64,000 nt of DNA, from positions 197,966,001 through 198,030,000 of the forward strand of contig OZ038378.1 in assembly GCA_964036045.1 (NCBI GenBank), given 5' to 3'. Position numbers and translations under genes: made by a program. The DNA is from Eutreptiella sp. 'Long Island Sound 2002' (taxonomy: Eukaryota; Protista; Euglenida). Under the pieces are notes generated by a model that saw nothing but the letters and a program-made list of their open reading frames with translations, had not been told where the DNA came from and searched no databases. Positions 48,039 through 60,764 of the stretch are shown here, piece after piece; position 1 is the stretch's first letter, and each line of letters begins with the position of its first letter.

Positions 48039-48397
48039 TAGGGACGCATTAGAAGGGATTTCAGGAGCGGTCAGACAGGCGGTTGGAGGAGGTTGCCGAA
48101 GCGGTTGGGGGCGGTTACAATGTGTTTTTGGGGGAACTGAAAGAGAAACTGCTGGACACATCCATCTATGCGTACATGGATGACGTGGATCTAGTGGTGA
48201 AAGACCTGCAGGCGGCACAAGAGGCATTACCAGCCATCCACGACATTGGTGCACAACCAGGTTTCGCAATCAACGCCAAGAAACACTGTCGGTTACAAAT
48301 GCCATTGAAGCTGGCACTTGGCGTCAGGGAGACAGTGACTGGGCACAGGCTGGGCGCCCTGGAGGGGGGGTACCTCCCCCCTTCCAATGCATCGCTG
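48039..48397. mobile_element. MITE (TAGGGACGCAT...ATGCATCGCTG) containing a 168-bp plus-strand RT fragment (48119-48286)
   Basis: Insert reads NVFLGELKEKLLDTSIYAYMDDVDLVV...GFAINAKKH, with a YxDD motif at 48173-48184. Confidence 0.85.
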
Positions 48398-48410
48398 GCC
48401 CCAGCACATG

Positions 48411-49376
48411 TCACGCACTGCTGTCCTCTGGGGCTGTGGATGTGTTCCTCAGATCTGTCCCCGGCTTTGACTTGATGGCAGACGTTTCTGTCGATGGTGC
48501 GCGCCGCCTCGACGGCTCCGGCACATCTGGCGGCTCGGAACCGTTTCGTTTTGGGGATGTGCGAGGGAAAGACATGTCCGCACGCCCCTGCGTCGTCGCC
48601 TCTCGGCGCCTGGGTCCCGCATCCGCACTCGACTGCGCCTCTGACTCCCTGTGCCCCGACCCCTCGTGCATGCGCAGCGGCGCGGTGGCATTCTGGCGGA
48701 GCCGCGTTGAATTTTGGCGGTGCGCACGCGTAGGCGCGGAGCGCAGCGGCATCGTTGAATTCCGCCGGCGCATGGCCATCGTGGCATTTCGCGACCACAC
48801 GCGCGTCGAATTCCCGTGTCGGATCGTGACTCGCCCCCATCCTGTGCAACCCCTTGAACTAATACCAAAGCGCTCTATCACAGCGAAGCCTTGACGTTGA
48901 ACTTGCCACCCATCACAGACAGCAGGTGCCCGCACTCTGTTGTCCTGGCCACCAGCTCCGAATTCATGCTTGAATTGGCCGCGCGTCCCAGCGTAGCCCA
49001 TGGGCAGCCCAACGGACCGCCGCACCTCCTGCACAGTGCTAAACAAGGCCTTGTGCATGAGCGGATGGTGAGTCAGCAGCAGCGACGACGTGTAGTGATG
49101 GAGGGGGTGCGTCTTGTGCACCAAAAAGTGCGGGGCCAGCCAGTAGAACTGGTACCCCAGCGAGCGCAGCGTTGCGATCCATTCGACCTTGTTGAAGAAC
49201 CGCCCCGTGAACAGCTCACTGTAGCGGGGCAGCAGACCGCGGGCCGACACTCGACTTGTGACGATGTACGGCTCCCAACGGTCAACCGCGTGCAGGCCCA
49301 CTGTCCGGACCTTGTTGATCTTCCCCAGTCTGATACTGTGCTGAAGGAGAATGATGCGCCAAATGAACGGGCTTGT
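48411..49376 (-). CDS. GT49 (LARGE/B4GAT1-like) glycosyltransferase, last exon, with sequon-rich tail
   Basis: WEPYIV...PRYSELFTGRFFNKVEWIATL...GYQFY.LAPHFLVH matches the GT49 C-terminal pattern. The acceptor ccacag|ACA at 49377/49376 is the best candidate, but other AGs are nearby. Confidence 0.8.
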   Translation of the reverse strand, partial: TSPFIWRIILLQHSIRLGKINKVRTVGLHAVDRWEPYIVTSRVSARGLLPRYSELFTGRFFNKVEWIATLRSLGYQFYWLAPHFLVHKTHPLHHYTSSLLLTHHPLMHKALFSTVQEVRRSVGLPMGYAGTRGQFKHEFGAGGQDNRVRAPAVCDGWQVQRQGFAVIERFGISSRGCTGWGRVTIRHGNSTRVWSRNATMAMRRRNSTMPLRSAPTRAHRQNSTRLRQNATAPLRMHEGSGHRESEAQSSADAGPRRREATTQGRADMSFPRTSPKRNGSEPPDVPEPSRRRAPSTETSAIKSKPGTDLRNTSTAPEDSSA

Positions 49377-50201
49377 CTGTGGCTAGGGGTTCAGTCGGGA
49401 GAGGGGAGACCCACCCCCATCCCCCCTGTGGGATGCGGATGTTGCACGCTAACATTTACCACACAGGCACAAAGCTGCAGAGCAACACAGTCAGAACAAA
49501 AAAATTTTCAGCGACGTTGCCGTAGGCAGCTTTCGCTGTGATAGATTCGCAGTACCCCGATGAAACTGTTATTGAGGGCTCATGCAGAGATCACAAAGCA
49601 GACGATCCTACGGTATGTCAGACACATCGCTTGAGACTCATTCTTCAATACTGGCCCCCGCTCCCCCGGTGGACCCCCCAGTCCACCACAGCTGGCCCTG
49701 CACCCCCATCCCCCAACTCCCATCCTCAACATCCACAGCAGCGGTTGTCTCCAAAAGCTTTCGCTGCTGCCAACAACGCCCTCTGCCGCTTTAGTGCTCA
49801 GCAGCAGCTCCCCGTGAGAACCCACTATTACCAATGATGACTCGTATCACTCCGCGCCCCGTGATCGGTGGAAGGACAGTGCTGGGCAGTGCTAATACTC
49901 GCAGCCAAGCACGTCCGAAAGAGTGCACAAACAGTTGAGTTTGGAATTTGCCGCAGCCAGGGAACCGCGTGAGGGAAAGGGCTTTTGAGGGGGCTGTGCA
50001 GTGGTACTCGTAATTATTGGCAATCATTGGTTATCACGGGGTGTGGGGCGGTACCAGTAATCACACACACACACACACAATGAGAACCGCAAAAACAAGA
50101 ACAGAGCAAGAAAATCGGTGAAAGAAAACTCCTCAGGGACAGCAGAGCTGTCCTAGACGTCTTTCGGTCGAAAAAAAATAGACACTCAGAAAACACACAC
50201 A

Positions 50202-50239
<38 letters not shown>

Positions 50240-50799
50240 GGATGTCCTGCTCCCTTGCGCGCACGCGCGGGTGCGCGTGCACACACACACGATGCAGACA
50301 CACCAACGCCCCCACAAACGCCCTGCGGATGGCACTGTGACAGGCGGGCACTGGGCACGAAGACTCCTCGTCAGGCCAAAAATGAAGTGATGAACATGCA
50401 ACAAGTCATGGAGGCTAGGCGCCTTTCTGCGACTCACAACGACAGAGTTTTGTAATGGCAGGCAGGTGTCGATGGGGCGGTCCAGAGCGCAGCAGCATCT
50501 GTCCACCCACCCCCGCGGACAAAGACAAGATCCCTGGAACCCTGCCCTGCGTCTTCCAACAAAAGGGAGGGGAGGAGCCGATGGTATTACTACCCCGTCG
50601 GACGAATATTTCATTCTCTGTGGATGCAAGCGGGGGGGGATCAGGATAGAGCTGTCCTGTCACACACACACACGCACACACACACACAACAGGTGCCTCC
50701 CCACAGTCTGTGTGCAGGTGGCAAAGACGCGAAGCAACACCCGCAAACGTACAACCATGACAAGGTGCAATCCACACAGCCCAAAAAGACAAACAACAC

Positions 50800-51462
50800 C
50801 TGCCAACTGGTGCCATCACTGGGGCCTTCCATGAGCCCACTGAGCTTCAGACTGGCCTCCAGCCAGCCCTCATACCCAGACAATTTGACCCCATCCGGAT
50901 TGCTTTGCTTGCTGGGCAATGGATTTGGGCAGCCCGAATGATTCGGGACGTGCAGAAACCGGACCCAATGCGGGCGGAAGATCTCGGGGAGCGGGGCATG
51001 GAAAGGCTGCAGCATGCCCTGGCGCAGCAGACGGAGGCACTCGGGGAAAGTGGTCGGGTAGTCCTCGGCCTTCTTGAGGCGGTAGCGGGACCGCACACCC
51101 TCCCCGCTGCACTCCACAACCTCAAAGTGAGGGAGCACGAGTCCAAAGGTGTCCAGTTTCCGCAGATGCTTCATTGAGGTCACGAGGTCCTTGTACAGTG
51201 TGGCTGGCGGGAGGAAATCGGCGTCCAGAGGCAGCAAGTACCGCGTGCGCACGCGGTCCATGGCCGCGTTTCGGAGGGCATTGACGGGGAACAGCGGCGA
51301 GCTGCGCCGCAGGCGCTCTGCCGTGGAGTTGCTTCGAAGGACCACGGGGTTCTTCATGTGGTGTTGGTACTCCATCACCAGCGTGTTTTGCCACTGCTTC
51401 ACTTTGTTGAGCACCAGCTGCCGCTCAGCTTCGTCCTTCGCCTGTTTCGGATCCGAGCTGAC
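50800..51462 (-). CDS. GT49 glycosyltransferase internal exon (DxD motif)
   Basis: FPVNALRNAAM...YLLPLDADFLP. Acceptor ctaatcggttgttggtag|GTC and donor CAG|GTGTTG are both phase 0. Upstream exons were not found in the window. Confidence 0.88.
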
Positions 51463-54400
51463 CTACCAACAACCGATTAGCAGCAGAGGCAGAGGCCAAC
51501 AGACAAGCGTAGGGATGGAAGGGCAGGATCGGACAAGAGGGGGGGGGGGGGGGGGTGAATCTGCAATCCATCTGACACAGCCTGACCCAAGGTAGGTTTA
51601 GGCAGGGCATTTCCTCTGATGGGGGTTCAGGCGTCCCCAACCCAGGGAGATCAAAGCAAAGGATCCGTGAGTGGCACTGATTATGTTCTGCTTGGGGTTG
51701 AAAAAGGCCATTGCACTTCATGCAGTGCATTGCCAGTTGAATTGGCCACTGTCCTCTCCCCCCCCCCTAGCACCCCAATGGACACTGAAAAATCCTGGCA
51801 TCTGAGGTAGGTTCCAGTGAATGCATGCTCCACTACTAAGGATGTGGCACAAAAACCCAAATCAGGGGAAGACATACAACGGCACAGGGACCTGCTCTTC
51901 AGGCAATTTTGGACCACTTGGGATGGGAATGAATGAAAGAAACGGCGGGTTCAGAAATTGAATTCTTTCAGCCCCTGGGGCTGAAAACAGAAAAAAGAGT
52001 TCTGGAAAAAGGTGACTTTGGGGCCTTCAAATAAGCCATAGTAGCCTCTTTGCAATGCTGCAAACCCCAAATTGCACCCTTTTGCATGCCCCTGCCCCCT
52101 CATACCACACATCCAACTGCCAGGATGGTGTAAACAGGGGTCTGAGAAACATGCAACATGCACAAATATTCACATGGACCGGTCCAATCCTTCAACCACT
52201 GTGCTATCTAGCAAGTAAAATGGTAAAACAACGCAAATAGAACAAGCACCATCACTGTCATCACTGGTAACGTGTAACAACTTATCACAATGGCTGGCCT
52301 TCATATTCAAGGCTGAATTAAACACTGGCCAAAGGGTTTTTGGCCCTAAAGTATTGATTTCAATGTTTATTTTTGTTTATTTTGTGTTTTTTTGTCATTT
52401 TTGCCAATTAACTGATGCTTTTTGCAAGGTCATTTGCACTTCCTACTTGCTTGAGGTTGTTTTCATCCAAATTGCCTTGAAATACACACTGCTCTTTGGT
52501 TTTTTTTGTGTTTTTTTGTCAAAAAGTGTCAAAAATGCTTATTACCTGATGTTTTTTGCCAGTTCATTTGCGCTTCCTATGTCCTTCCGGTTGTTTTCAT
52601 CCACATTGCCTTGAAATATACACTGCTCTTCGTTTTTTTGTGTTTTTTGTCAAAAAGTGTAAAACTGCTTATTACCTGATGCTTCGCCTCGGAATGCAGG
52701 AAACGGAGGGCCTCGGCAACACTGTGGAAGTGCAACCAAGCCGCACCCTCAGCCGCAACCGGGCCAAGTGGGCGCATCCATACGTCAGAACCCATGAGAA
52801 CAATGAGGAACGGAAAGAGAGTCTGACAAAGGGATATACGGAACAATAAAAAATGTTATTGACACACATGCACACATGCACATGACATGACATGAATGCG
52901 GGGCATGAATGAGTGTACATGGTGTGTCCGTGTGTCCTTTCATGCCATGAGCCACATGCTAGATCTTCCCGCTATGATGCACCATGCCGGCCGACACACA
53001 ATACTATTCACCCTTCCCTGCACCACATTCTAACTTTGATACCCTCAAACATGCACAAATGCACAAATGCTCTAAAATTACGTCACACAAGGTACAGAAA
53101 CCATCAGCAATATATGCAGGAATGTCAATAAACACCAATAAACGCCGATAAACAACGGTTATCCCCCCAAAAAGGGGGTTTTTCGAAAAATAAACGCATA
53201 AACGCGTTTATTTGCCATTTGGCCAGTGGCCTGGCCAGTACTTAATTCACCCTTGTTCATATTGTCATCACTAAGATGCAGTTGATGTGGTTGGCACTTC
53301 AAGTTTCACTTTACATAGTAGATGTGTCACACTATGGAGACAAACTTGTAGGATCAGTGTTGCTTCATTCACACTGCATTCCATGGGTGATTCTGATGGG
53401 CTGAAACCAGGATGTTAGGAACCGACACCACACAAGGTATGCACCCAACAATGGTTGGCGAGGTGTTGTACACATGGCAATCACATGTGGCCTTATAGAG
53501 AGGAGGTACTGGGTGCGCACCTTGAAGCCTGGGACCTTCAAGAGGACAAGCAAAAACACGCCTTCACACATGGCATGTGTACCGCATGTTGGACAAGTGC
53601 ATTACTCTGCGGTGACGCGGTGGATTGACAAGAAATCCACAAAAAATCTTTACATTGGCCGTATTAGCTGGTTTCCCATTACTCCCCGAGGGCCCGCAAG
53701 CTAGGATCAATGCCGCAACAGTATCACAGTACCTCATTGGTTGGCTTGTTTTGTCACGGGGAGAGTCTCAACGCTACATACTATGATACAAGGAGCCCAG
53801 GCTTTAGCACTGTTCATCCATGTGGCGCCCTACGCAGGGTCAGCTTAGTTGCGGCCTACCATCAGTGGTGCAAGCGCTGCATGTGGGACAGGGGCAATTG
53901 TCCCCACAAGGTGGGGGGAGAGGCCCACACGATGCACATTGGTGGTGCAGGGGGAGGGAGCGCAGGAGACAATATTCGGAGGGGGCCTCAGGCCCGGCCT
54001 CTAGTTCAGTCAAACAAAAAAAAATTGGTTCATCACACATAAAGTGATAGCATGCCGGGGTGTGTTGGACATCGCCATAGCTCCCTGAACTACTTGAGCT
54101 TAAACAGTCCCCAGAGTCACTGTCCTCAAAGCCACTAGTCATATCAATAGGAGTAGAGGTACTCACACAGCTATCCCCATCGATCTCTATGTCACTCACT
54201 GAGCCACAGTCAGAAGAAAGGCTGACCGCTGAGTCCGGCCCCTGGCAGTCAAAGAGCCACTTGGAAGGCAAGTCTGACGGGCGGCTCATGAATTGCAAAC
54301 ACCAGATACACATTAGGGACCAATGTACTTGATTGGCACGATGGCTGTATGGTGAGCCCATGAGACACACATGTTGCAACACGTGAGATTACGTGAGATT

Positions 54401-56792
54401 ACATTACAGTGTGAAAGGTATCAGTGTTTCTGACACAGTACTCAGCAGGGACGTCTGTTATCATCACCTTCTTATCCCCCCCCCTCTCCCCCCCTTGCTC
54501 CCCTGCAACCCGAATGGCTTTATTGAAGTGAGTCATTGTGTGGGGCAACGGAAGGATGCAGCAGCGTGCAAATGTAGCAAAGTCCGATCACTAAACACTG
54601 AACTCATGTCAGACCAATAGTGCACATTGACATAGGATCACAAACTATCCCACCATGTTGGAGGGCAGGGCAGGGGCACATGCAGACAGGGTTTCCAGGG
54701 ACAAGCAGCTTACCCAGGAAACCACCCCCACACATTTCTGACGGGGTGAGTGTCCGGAAGCCTGCCTCATCAGGGGCTCGGCAAGTGCCTTATGTGCAGG
54801 CGTCACAGGTGCCAAGGCGAGTGCTACTGTACCCAGCTGAGGTGCTCAGGACCAAATTGTGGCGTGCATGGCACCCCACTGGCCTCCTGTTGCTGCCACC
54901 TGTTCGAACCTGCCCCCCTTGTTGGGCCTGTGAGGGTGAGAGCAAGCCTTCCTCAGCTTGAGTGTCATGTGTGCGCAAGTACTGCTCTGGGCTTGTCATT
55001 GATTTCAGTGCATCCCATCCGCCCCTCAGGAGGGCCGTCCCCCAGGACCGACCTGGTTTTTGTTTTCTGCCAAGGACGGGGCTACCCACCACAACCATAT
55101 ACTACTTCTCTCTGCCCAACGCCAGCCGGGCCTGCAGACGTACCCCCTGCCCCCTCTCCGAATGCACACCAATGCATGGCCCAGTAGTTTGTGGGCTCTT
55201 GGGCCTTGAAACGGCAAATGCGTGTCTATCTTGGACACACGTGTCAGCGTGTCTCTTTGGAATTGCATTTGCACAACACAGCGGACGACTGAGTACCACA
55301 TGGGGGCGTGTACCGCGCAACCGTTTGCACCGACCGCCCACGCGGTGACTGTCCAGGGACCCCAACGCAGATAGAACACTCCACTTTCACAGCTGCCCAC
55401 CATCCAGCAAGAAGACCTGCCGTGTTGTCTGCAAAACTCCAGATTTGTACATTCCGGAATCTGGAGTTTTTCATCTCCATCACTGTGCACAAGAACACGT
55501 CGCTGTGTGGGGCCCCTCGTCACTGTTTGACATGCGGTTGCAGGCTTTGCATTGCCGCGACCACAAACATGGCTGGCAGCGCAGGCAAGTTTACCGGACA
55601 TGTGTCTAGAGAGCATGCTTTTCCTCACGTTGTTGTTTACGACCCCGGATGCGGGGCTGTTCCTGAGCATGCGCACCCTCCCACTGTTGCAAGTGGCCAA
55701 CGTATGTGGACAGGCACCGCCCGCGTGCTTCCTAGCCTGGAGTTTTGTGGCCTTCTCTAATGCTCGCCAATTTGTCTGTGACAAGCTGGCAGCCCCGGAT
55801 GTAGCAAACTCCCCGGTTCTGCGATGTGGCATTTTTGGAAATAAGCATGTGCGCACGTATGCCACACCCCATTTGAATAGGAAGGGTGTCCTGACCATAC
55901 AGTAGTTGCTAGATGACGATCACCAAGTTCAGGCTTAATGTTTTCAACGTAAAAATAGATGTGTTAAACGGCTATCGGCATGCAGAACATCGTACTGACC
56001 GAAGGTGACAGGCAGGGTGAGTGTCCGTGTGAGCACGCTGTGTTTTGCAGTCATGATGTGTATAGGTGTGCATACTGTACATTGCCCATCCTGTTATTAG
56101 TTTGCTGTTATGGTGGATGGGTCGGGTACTCTCGAGGCCAAAGTACTGCTGGAGTTTGCCAGCAATGTATTCGATACATGGGCAGAGTACCCGGGGACAA
56201 CAAATCTGGGCCGGGCAGCAGGCACCACCCGGAGACGGTTGAATTCAGCGGATGGTGGTGCCGATCCTGTGTGGGAGGCACTAGCACGTATGTTTCCCAC
56301 CCATCGGGAAGAGTAGCAAAAATTGTGGAACCTCCCGGCGGCTTATGAATTGTGGTCACACCATGTCCTGCGAGGCACTGACATGAAATTCGTAAAAGAT
56401 GGCCTCATGGGAATCATTGAATCAGGCTGGGCGTTGCCGCTCGAATAATACAGTGGCGAATTTTTGGAGAAGGTCCAGTGTATGCGAACATCCCAACCAG
56501 GGGCACAGAGGTCAACACAGGGTGGTGGGCAAAAGAGCGCCGCGGCAGTGGATAGTTTCAATTCTGGTGGGACGCTGGCTCAAGATGATGAAAACATGCG
56601 GGAGGATGCGGCTACTCACCTGACCCTGGCAGTGGTGACTCCGAGGTTCGACGGACAGGGTGTTGTCACAAAAAATCTTGAAGCTGTTGAGGAAGAGGCC
56701 GGGAGCACCCAAATATGTCAGGGAGTTTGTGTGTCTCATTCGGCGGATGGCAAGTGAAAAGGAGGCTGAGGAAGAGTTCGCTATGGTGGAAG

Positions 56793-57395
56793 GGCATGGG
56801 GAAAATTGGCTTGCGCGGGGGGGGGGGGGGGGGGCGGGGGGGGGGTAGGAGCCCCTTTTCCCAGACCCCCCTTCTTTGGCTCCCGTGACAGGGCCTTGCA
56901 AAAGGTCATAGATGGTGGCAAATAAAGTTGAACTTCCATCGAGGGGAAAGGGGGGGGGCAGCAGTGGTGGTATTTATGTCCGGTCAATTCCGGCTACATC
57001 CCATAGCAACAAAAAAAACGAGGAGATGTAACGCCCCACCTTGGCCTCAGGCTGGCACAGACGACTGAGAGGCAGAAGTCAAAGATGACATATCTGAGGA
57101 TTTCACCCTCCCCTTCGGATCTGCCACAAGGATTTCACACCTGTGAAACATCAAAACCCTAGCATCACCGTTGAGCGCACTAGGGAACTGCCCCCTGGGC
57201 ACTGCCCGTGCCCCTTTTGTACCCCGTGGGGACCGGCGGGAGTTAGTTCCGGAATTCAGTGAAAAAATGGCAAAAATGGCAAAAAAAATTGGTACTTTAC
57301 CAAGCGTTCTGTCACAGGAGCCCCATTGCCAGGACCCCCCCCCTCCTTTGGGGGGCTCCAACGACCCCCCCACGCGAGCCAATTTTCCCCTTGCC
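56793..57395. mobile_element. MITE (603 bp), ~30-bp TIR, 3-bp TSD AAG
   Basis: GGCA(T/A)GGGGAAAATTGGCT(T/C)GCG termini. Removal restores FAMVE-VKIWEVLL. Confidence 0.9.
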
Positions 57396-59144
57396 AAGTA
57401 AAGATCTGGGAGGTGCTGCTGTGCTGCGATGAGAAAGGGAAGAAGTATCCGAAAGAGGAAGAAAAGTTGCGCAGGGTGAAGGAGAAGGTATGGAAAAAGA
57501 AGAAAGCGAGAAAAGAAGAAATAATCTCGGGAGACACGGAAAAAGAGTTCTTGGAAACCACGGAGAGCAGGTGATACCAGCACCTCTGACACTTCGACAT
57601 CCGAGTCGTCCTCAAGCAGTTCCTCACACTCATCTAACTTGAGTGATGATAGCAGCAGTGACAAAGAAAGGAGGAGATCTCGTATGTGGTTTGATGTGGA
57701 GACTAGGAGGTCCACACCCAGCCAATTTGAGTTCAAGTATATAAATGGAAAACACCATTTTCTCATGCGGAATGGTCAATGGCAGGATTGTTCATCTCCT
57801 CCGACGAGGTCATGTGGCTACCGCGGGAAGAGGCACCGGGTGTTTCAAGCCCGTGAGTTCGGTTGCCAATGAATCGTGGAGAGAGAGGCCTCCTCGGGCT
57901 CGAAGTTCCCACCTTTGGCCGATCGGGCTGTTGAGAGGGGACCGGGACCTAGGGAGGTTGGGGGTTTGGTGACAAATAGAGATGGAGAGTCCGTCAAGAT
58001 GCGCAACGCCTTGGGGAGAGCTACTTATCCGTTGTCTTGGCAAGATTAGAAAAGGGCACGAGGGATGGGTATGTGGCGACAATCAAGCAGTTTTTGCGGT
58101 ACAGAGGCGCTAGATAGCAGGCTGTTACAAATTGCAAGAGAAGGATTTTTTGAAAGGCCGGTCCATTAGCGATCAGAATGGCGGAGAAAGGAGGCATGCT
58201 GGTGCCAGTGGTGCAAGAGGCGGATTGGGTATTTGCAAAGTCCCCGGAGAAATTGCGACGCAAGAAGGGCGGTACCGGAGTATGCTAGTCACCGCCGGGA
58301 ATCATTTACGACATCATGGCGCGGAGGACAAAATTTACATGGGAGGAGATGGAATACCTAGCACTAGGAATCCCGTCATTATGCAACCCCCTCAGACTGG
58401 GGGAAGCGTGGACGGCGTACCGAAGTGGGCTGGGGCAACTCGTCTGTCGAGGTGAGAAAAGCAGACAAGGGGTCCAAGTTCAAGATGTGGGACCCTGGGC
58501 GGAGAGGTGGCTGCGATTTTTGGATGAAGAGCGCAGCAAGAGAGGAGCGGAACCGAGAGTGTGCTCCTATTTTGCGTCACCAAGCGCACTTGAAGCACAG
58601 CGGGTGTAACTGGTCAGCGAGACGCCACACAGACAATTACGATGGCACGGTCACAGAAGGTGTGGGGCAGCCCAAGTTTGGGCAGCAGGCGGCCGGGGGG
58701 ACCTGCTCAAGCTGGTTGGGGGCTGGTCAGGGGGGGGGGGGGGGGGGGCGTTTCTGCGAAATGTGAAGTCATGCCGTTTTGCCTAAAATTGGGCAGTTCG
58801 AAAAAGGGGGGGGGGTTACCCCTTATGCGCGCAACTGAAATTTTCCAAAACGTGCCGCGGGGGGTTACCTTGGATGTGCACAAGTGCGTATTTGCCCATT
58901 TTTTGGGCATGCAGAAGGAAATTTGGGGGTGTCTTGCTTCAAAAGTGATGGATCTTTGCACGCTTACTTGATGCTGCTGTTTCACATATCAGGTGTGGCA
59001 GGGACGCAGTGGCCTAAGGGGTTAGCATACAACAACGGAGGCCTCCACTCTACCTCCTCACCAATGCAATGGTGGTTGTAGCCGCCCACACCCCCTGCCG
59101 GGGGGGGCCATGGACGGTTTCTCTTCGGCGCGGCCCAACACCGA

Positions 59145-59350
59145 AGAGGGTGCCTCACAGGGTGCCCAATCCTGCCAGACGTACGTTTCGTCACGTTTCG
59201 CGTTTCGTGTCACCGCTTCATGGGGTGCCCAGTCCCACAATACGGTCGTTTCGAATCGTTTCGCGTTTCGGATCACCGCTTCATGGGGTGCCCAATCCCA
59301 CAGTGCGGTCGTTTCGAGTCGTTTCGTGTTTCGCGGGGTGCCCAATCCCG
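59145..59350. repeat. 63-bp tandem repeat (~3 copies) built of GTTTCG subrepeats
   Basis: CACCGCTTCATGGGGTGCCC at 59211 and 59274. Confidence 0.85.
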
Positions 59351-59634
59351 GAACTTCGGTTGTGCCAACAACAAGTACATCGTCTGTCACGCTATGGTTG
59401 TGTGTTGTTGTGTGTCTCGCGGCAATGCGCGGAACCGCATGCACTTCGCACCCCCCCCCCAAAAACAAAAACTCCCTAGCGGTAACACCCATCTACCACT
59501 TTCACTTCAATCTCTATTTCCTCAAGGCACCGCTTGCAATGCGTTGGTCCCAAGCCCCCCGCCATAGCGTAACGTCTCATGCACCTGCTTGTGCACCTCT
59601 TGTCATCTTCTACTTCCGCTGCCTTTTGGAGTCC

Positions 59635-60760
59635 CTACTCGACTTCCGTTCTGGTGCTTGTCCCTTCTGTGCCACTGAAGCTTCCACAGGTGCCTTCCCA
59701 CTTTTCACTTGCTTGCCTTGCCCGCGGGGTTGCTTGGTGGTCTTCTTGTACACTTTCTTGTGTCTTGTCGCAACGACCACTTTGGCACTGCTGTCCGGAC
59801 GCGCGACGCTCTGGACGCCAATCTTCACCGGCCTCACTTGTAGGTCGTTGTGTGCCATACTTGTCCCCTCCTTCATCACCTGTGGTTGTGGCTTGTCCCA
59901 TGCCTTCCCTTGCTTCCTTGTCCACATGAATGGTAAACCGCCGAACCTTTTCTGCTTTCTCCGCCTTTGTCTTCCGAGCACGCCGGGCAATCTGCTTCTC
60001 CACAACCCAATCACTTACTTCAATTGTTTTGGGGTCCAAGCCGGGATGCACGAGCCGCAGGTGGTACTCGATATTCAATGTGAATGGGGATGCGGTGCAC
60101 ATCCGAACTGGACACTTCCTTGGGACATTGCGCTTCTTTTCCAATGCCTTCTTGTACTTGAAGCTATACCGGTAAGGGCAGCTGGTGGACACCTTCGTCC
60201 CATTCAACGTGGTTTCGCAAGTCCCGGTGGAACGACCGCAAAAGCCACATGGCTCCGCTTTTCCACGGTTGCGTGCATCCGCCATGGCGTCACCTTTAGC
60301 AATGTGCTCTGCCACGTGGTCCAACATCATGCGCAAGGGCACCGCCGCATCACAAAAGAGGCAACATCGTACATCATCTGCAAGCCGCAAGTCGCAAGCC
60401 TTCACTCCATCGTATGGCTCTGCTATGATCACGGGGCAGAACTTGATGTCTTGGGCCGCGGCATCGATGAACATATTCGATATTTTCGGGTCTACTTCCC
60501 ATCTTCCCTCATCGGTGATGTCCAAGTCCACAAAGGAGGTGCTCGCTGCGTCCACGTCGATGGTGGGACCAAACCTGCCACTCCATTACAGTGCCACTTC
60601 CGCGTTTGGCCGGGAAAACGACAAGAATTCCCCACTAAGCTTCGCACCTTGGGTGTGCCTTCCAAAGTACACTTCAGCAAGCTGAAGACCCCTGCTGATG
60701 TGCACTTACCCTTTGATGGCGAATTGTACTTTACCAACGTCGCAAACGGCGTTCCGGGCG
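59635..60760 (-). pseudogene. Cys/His-rich triple zinc-module protein, 5'-truncated by satellite; stop and frameshift near 60590
   Basis: CLFC-x11-HVAEH; CGFCGRSTGTC-x11-SC; CPVRMC-x11-HLRLVH. The upstream frame PGTPFATLVKY...VFSLLKCTL abuts the satellite. Confidence 0.7.
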
Positions 60761-60764
60761 CAAC

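Noticed and set aside
48166-48894. Alternative ORFs MGASHDPTREF... (minus) and MDVFLRSV... (plus)
   Set aside because: Variation among the internal repeats is synonymous only in the GT49-continuous frame.
52577-52846. Candidate upstream GT49 exon ending CAG|GTAATA
   Set aside because: The donor-like sequence also occurs in a local duplicate at ~52540, and the peptide does not supply the expected motif next to the following exon.
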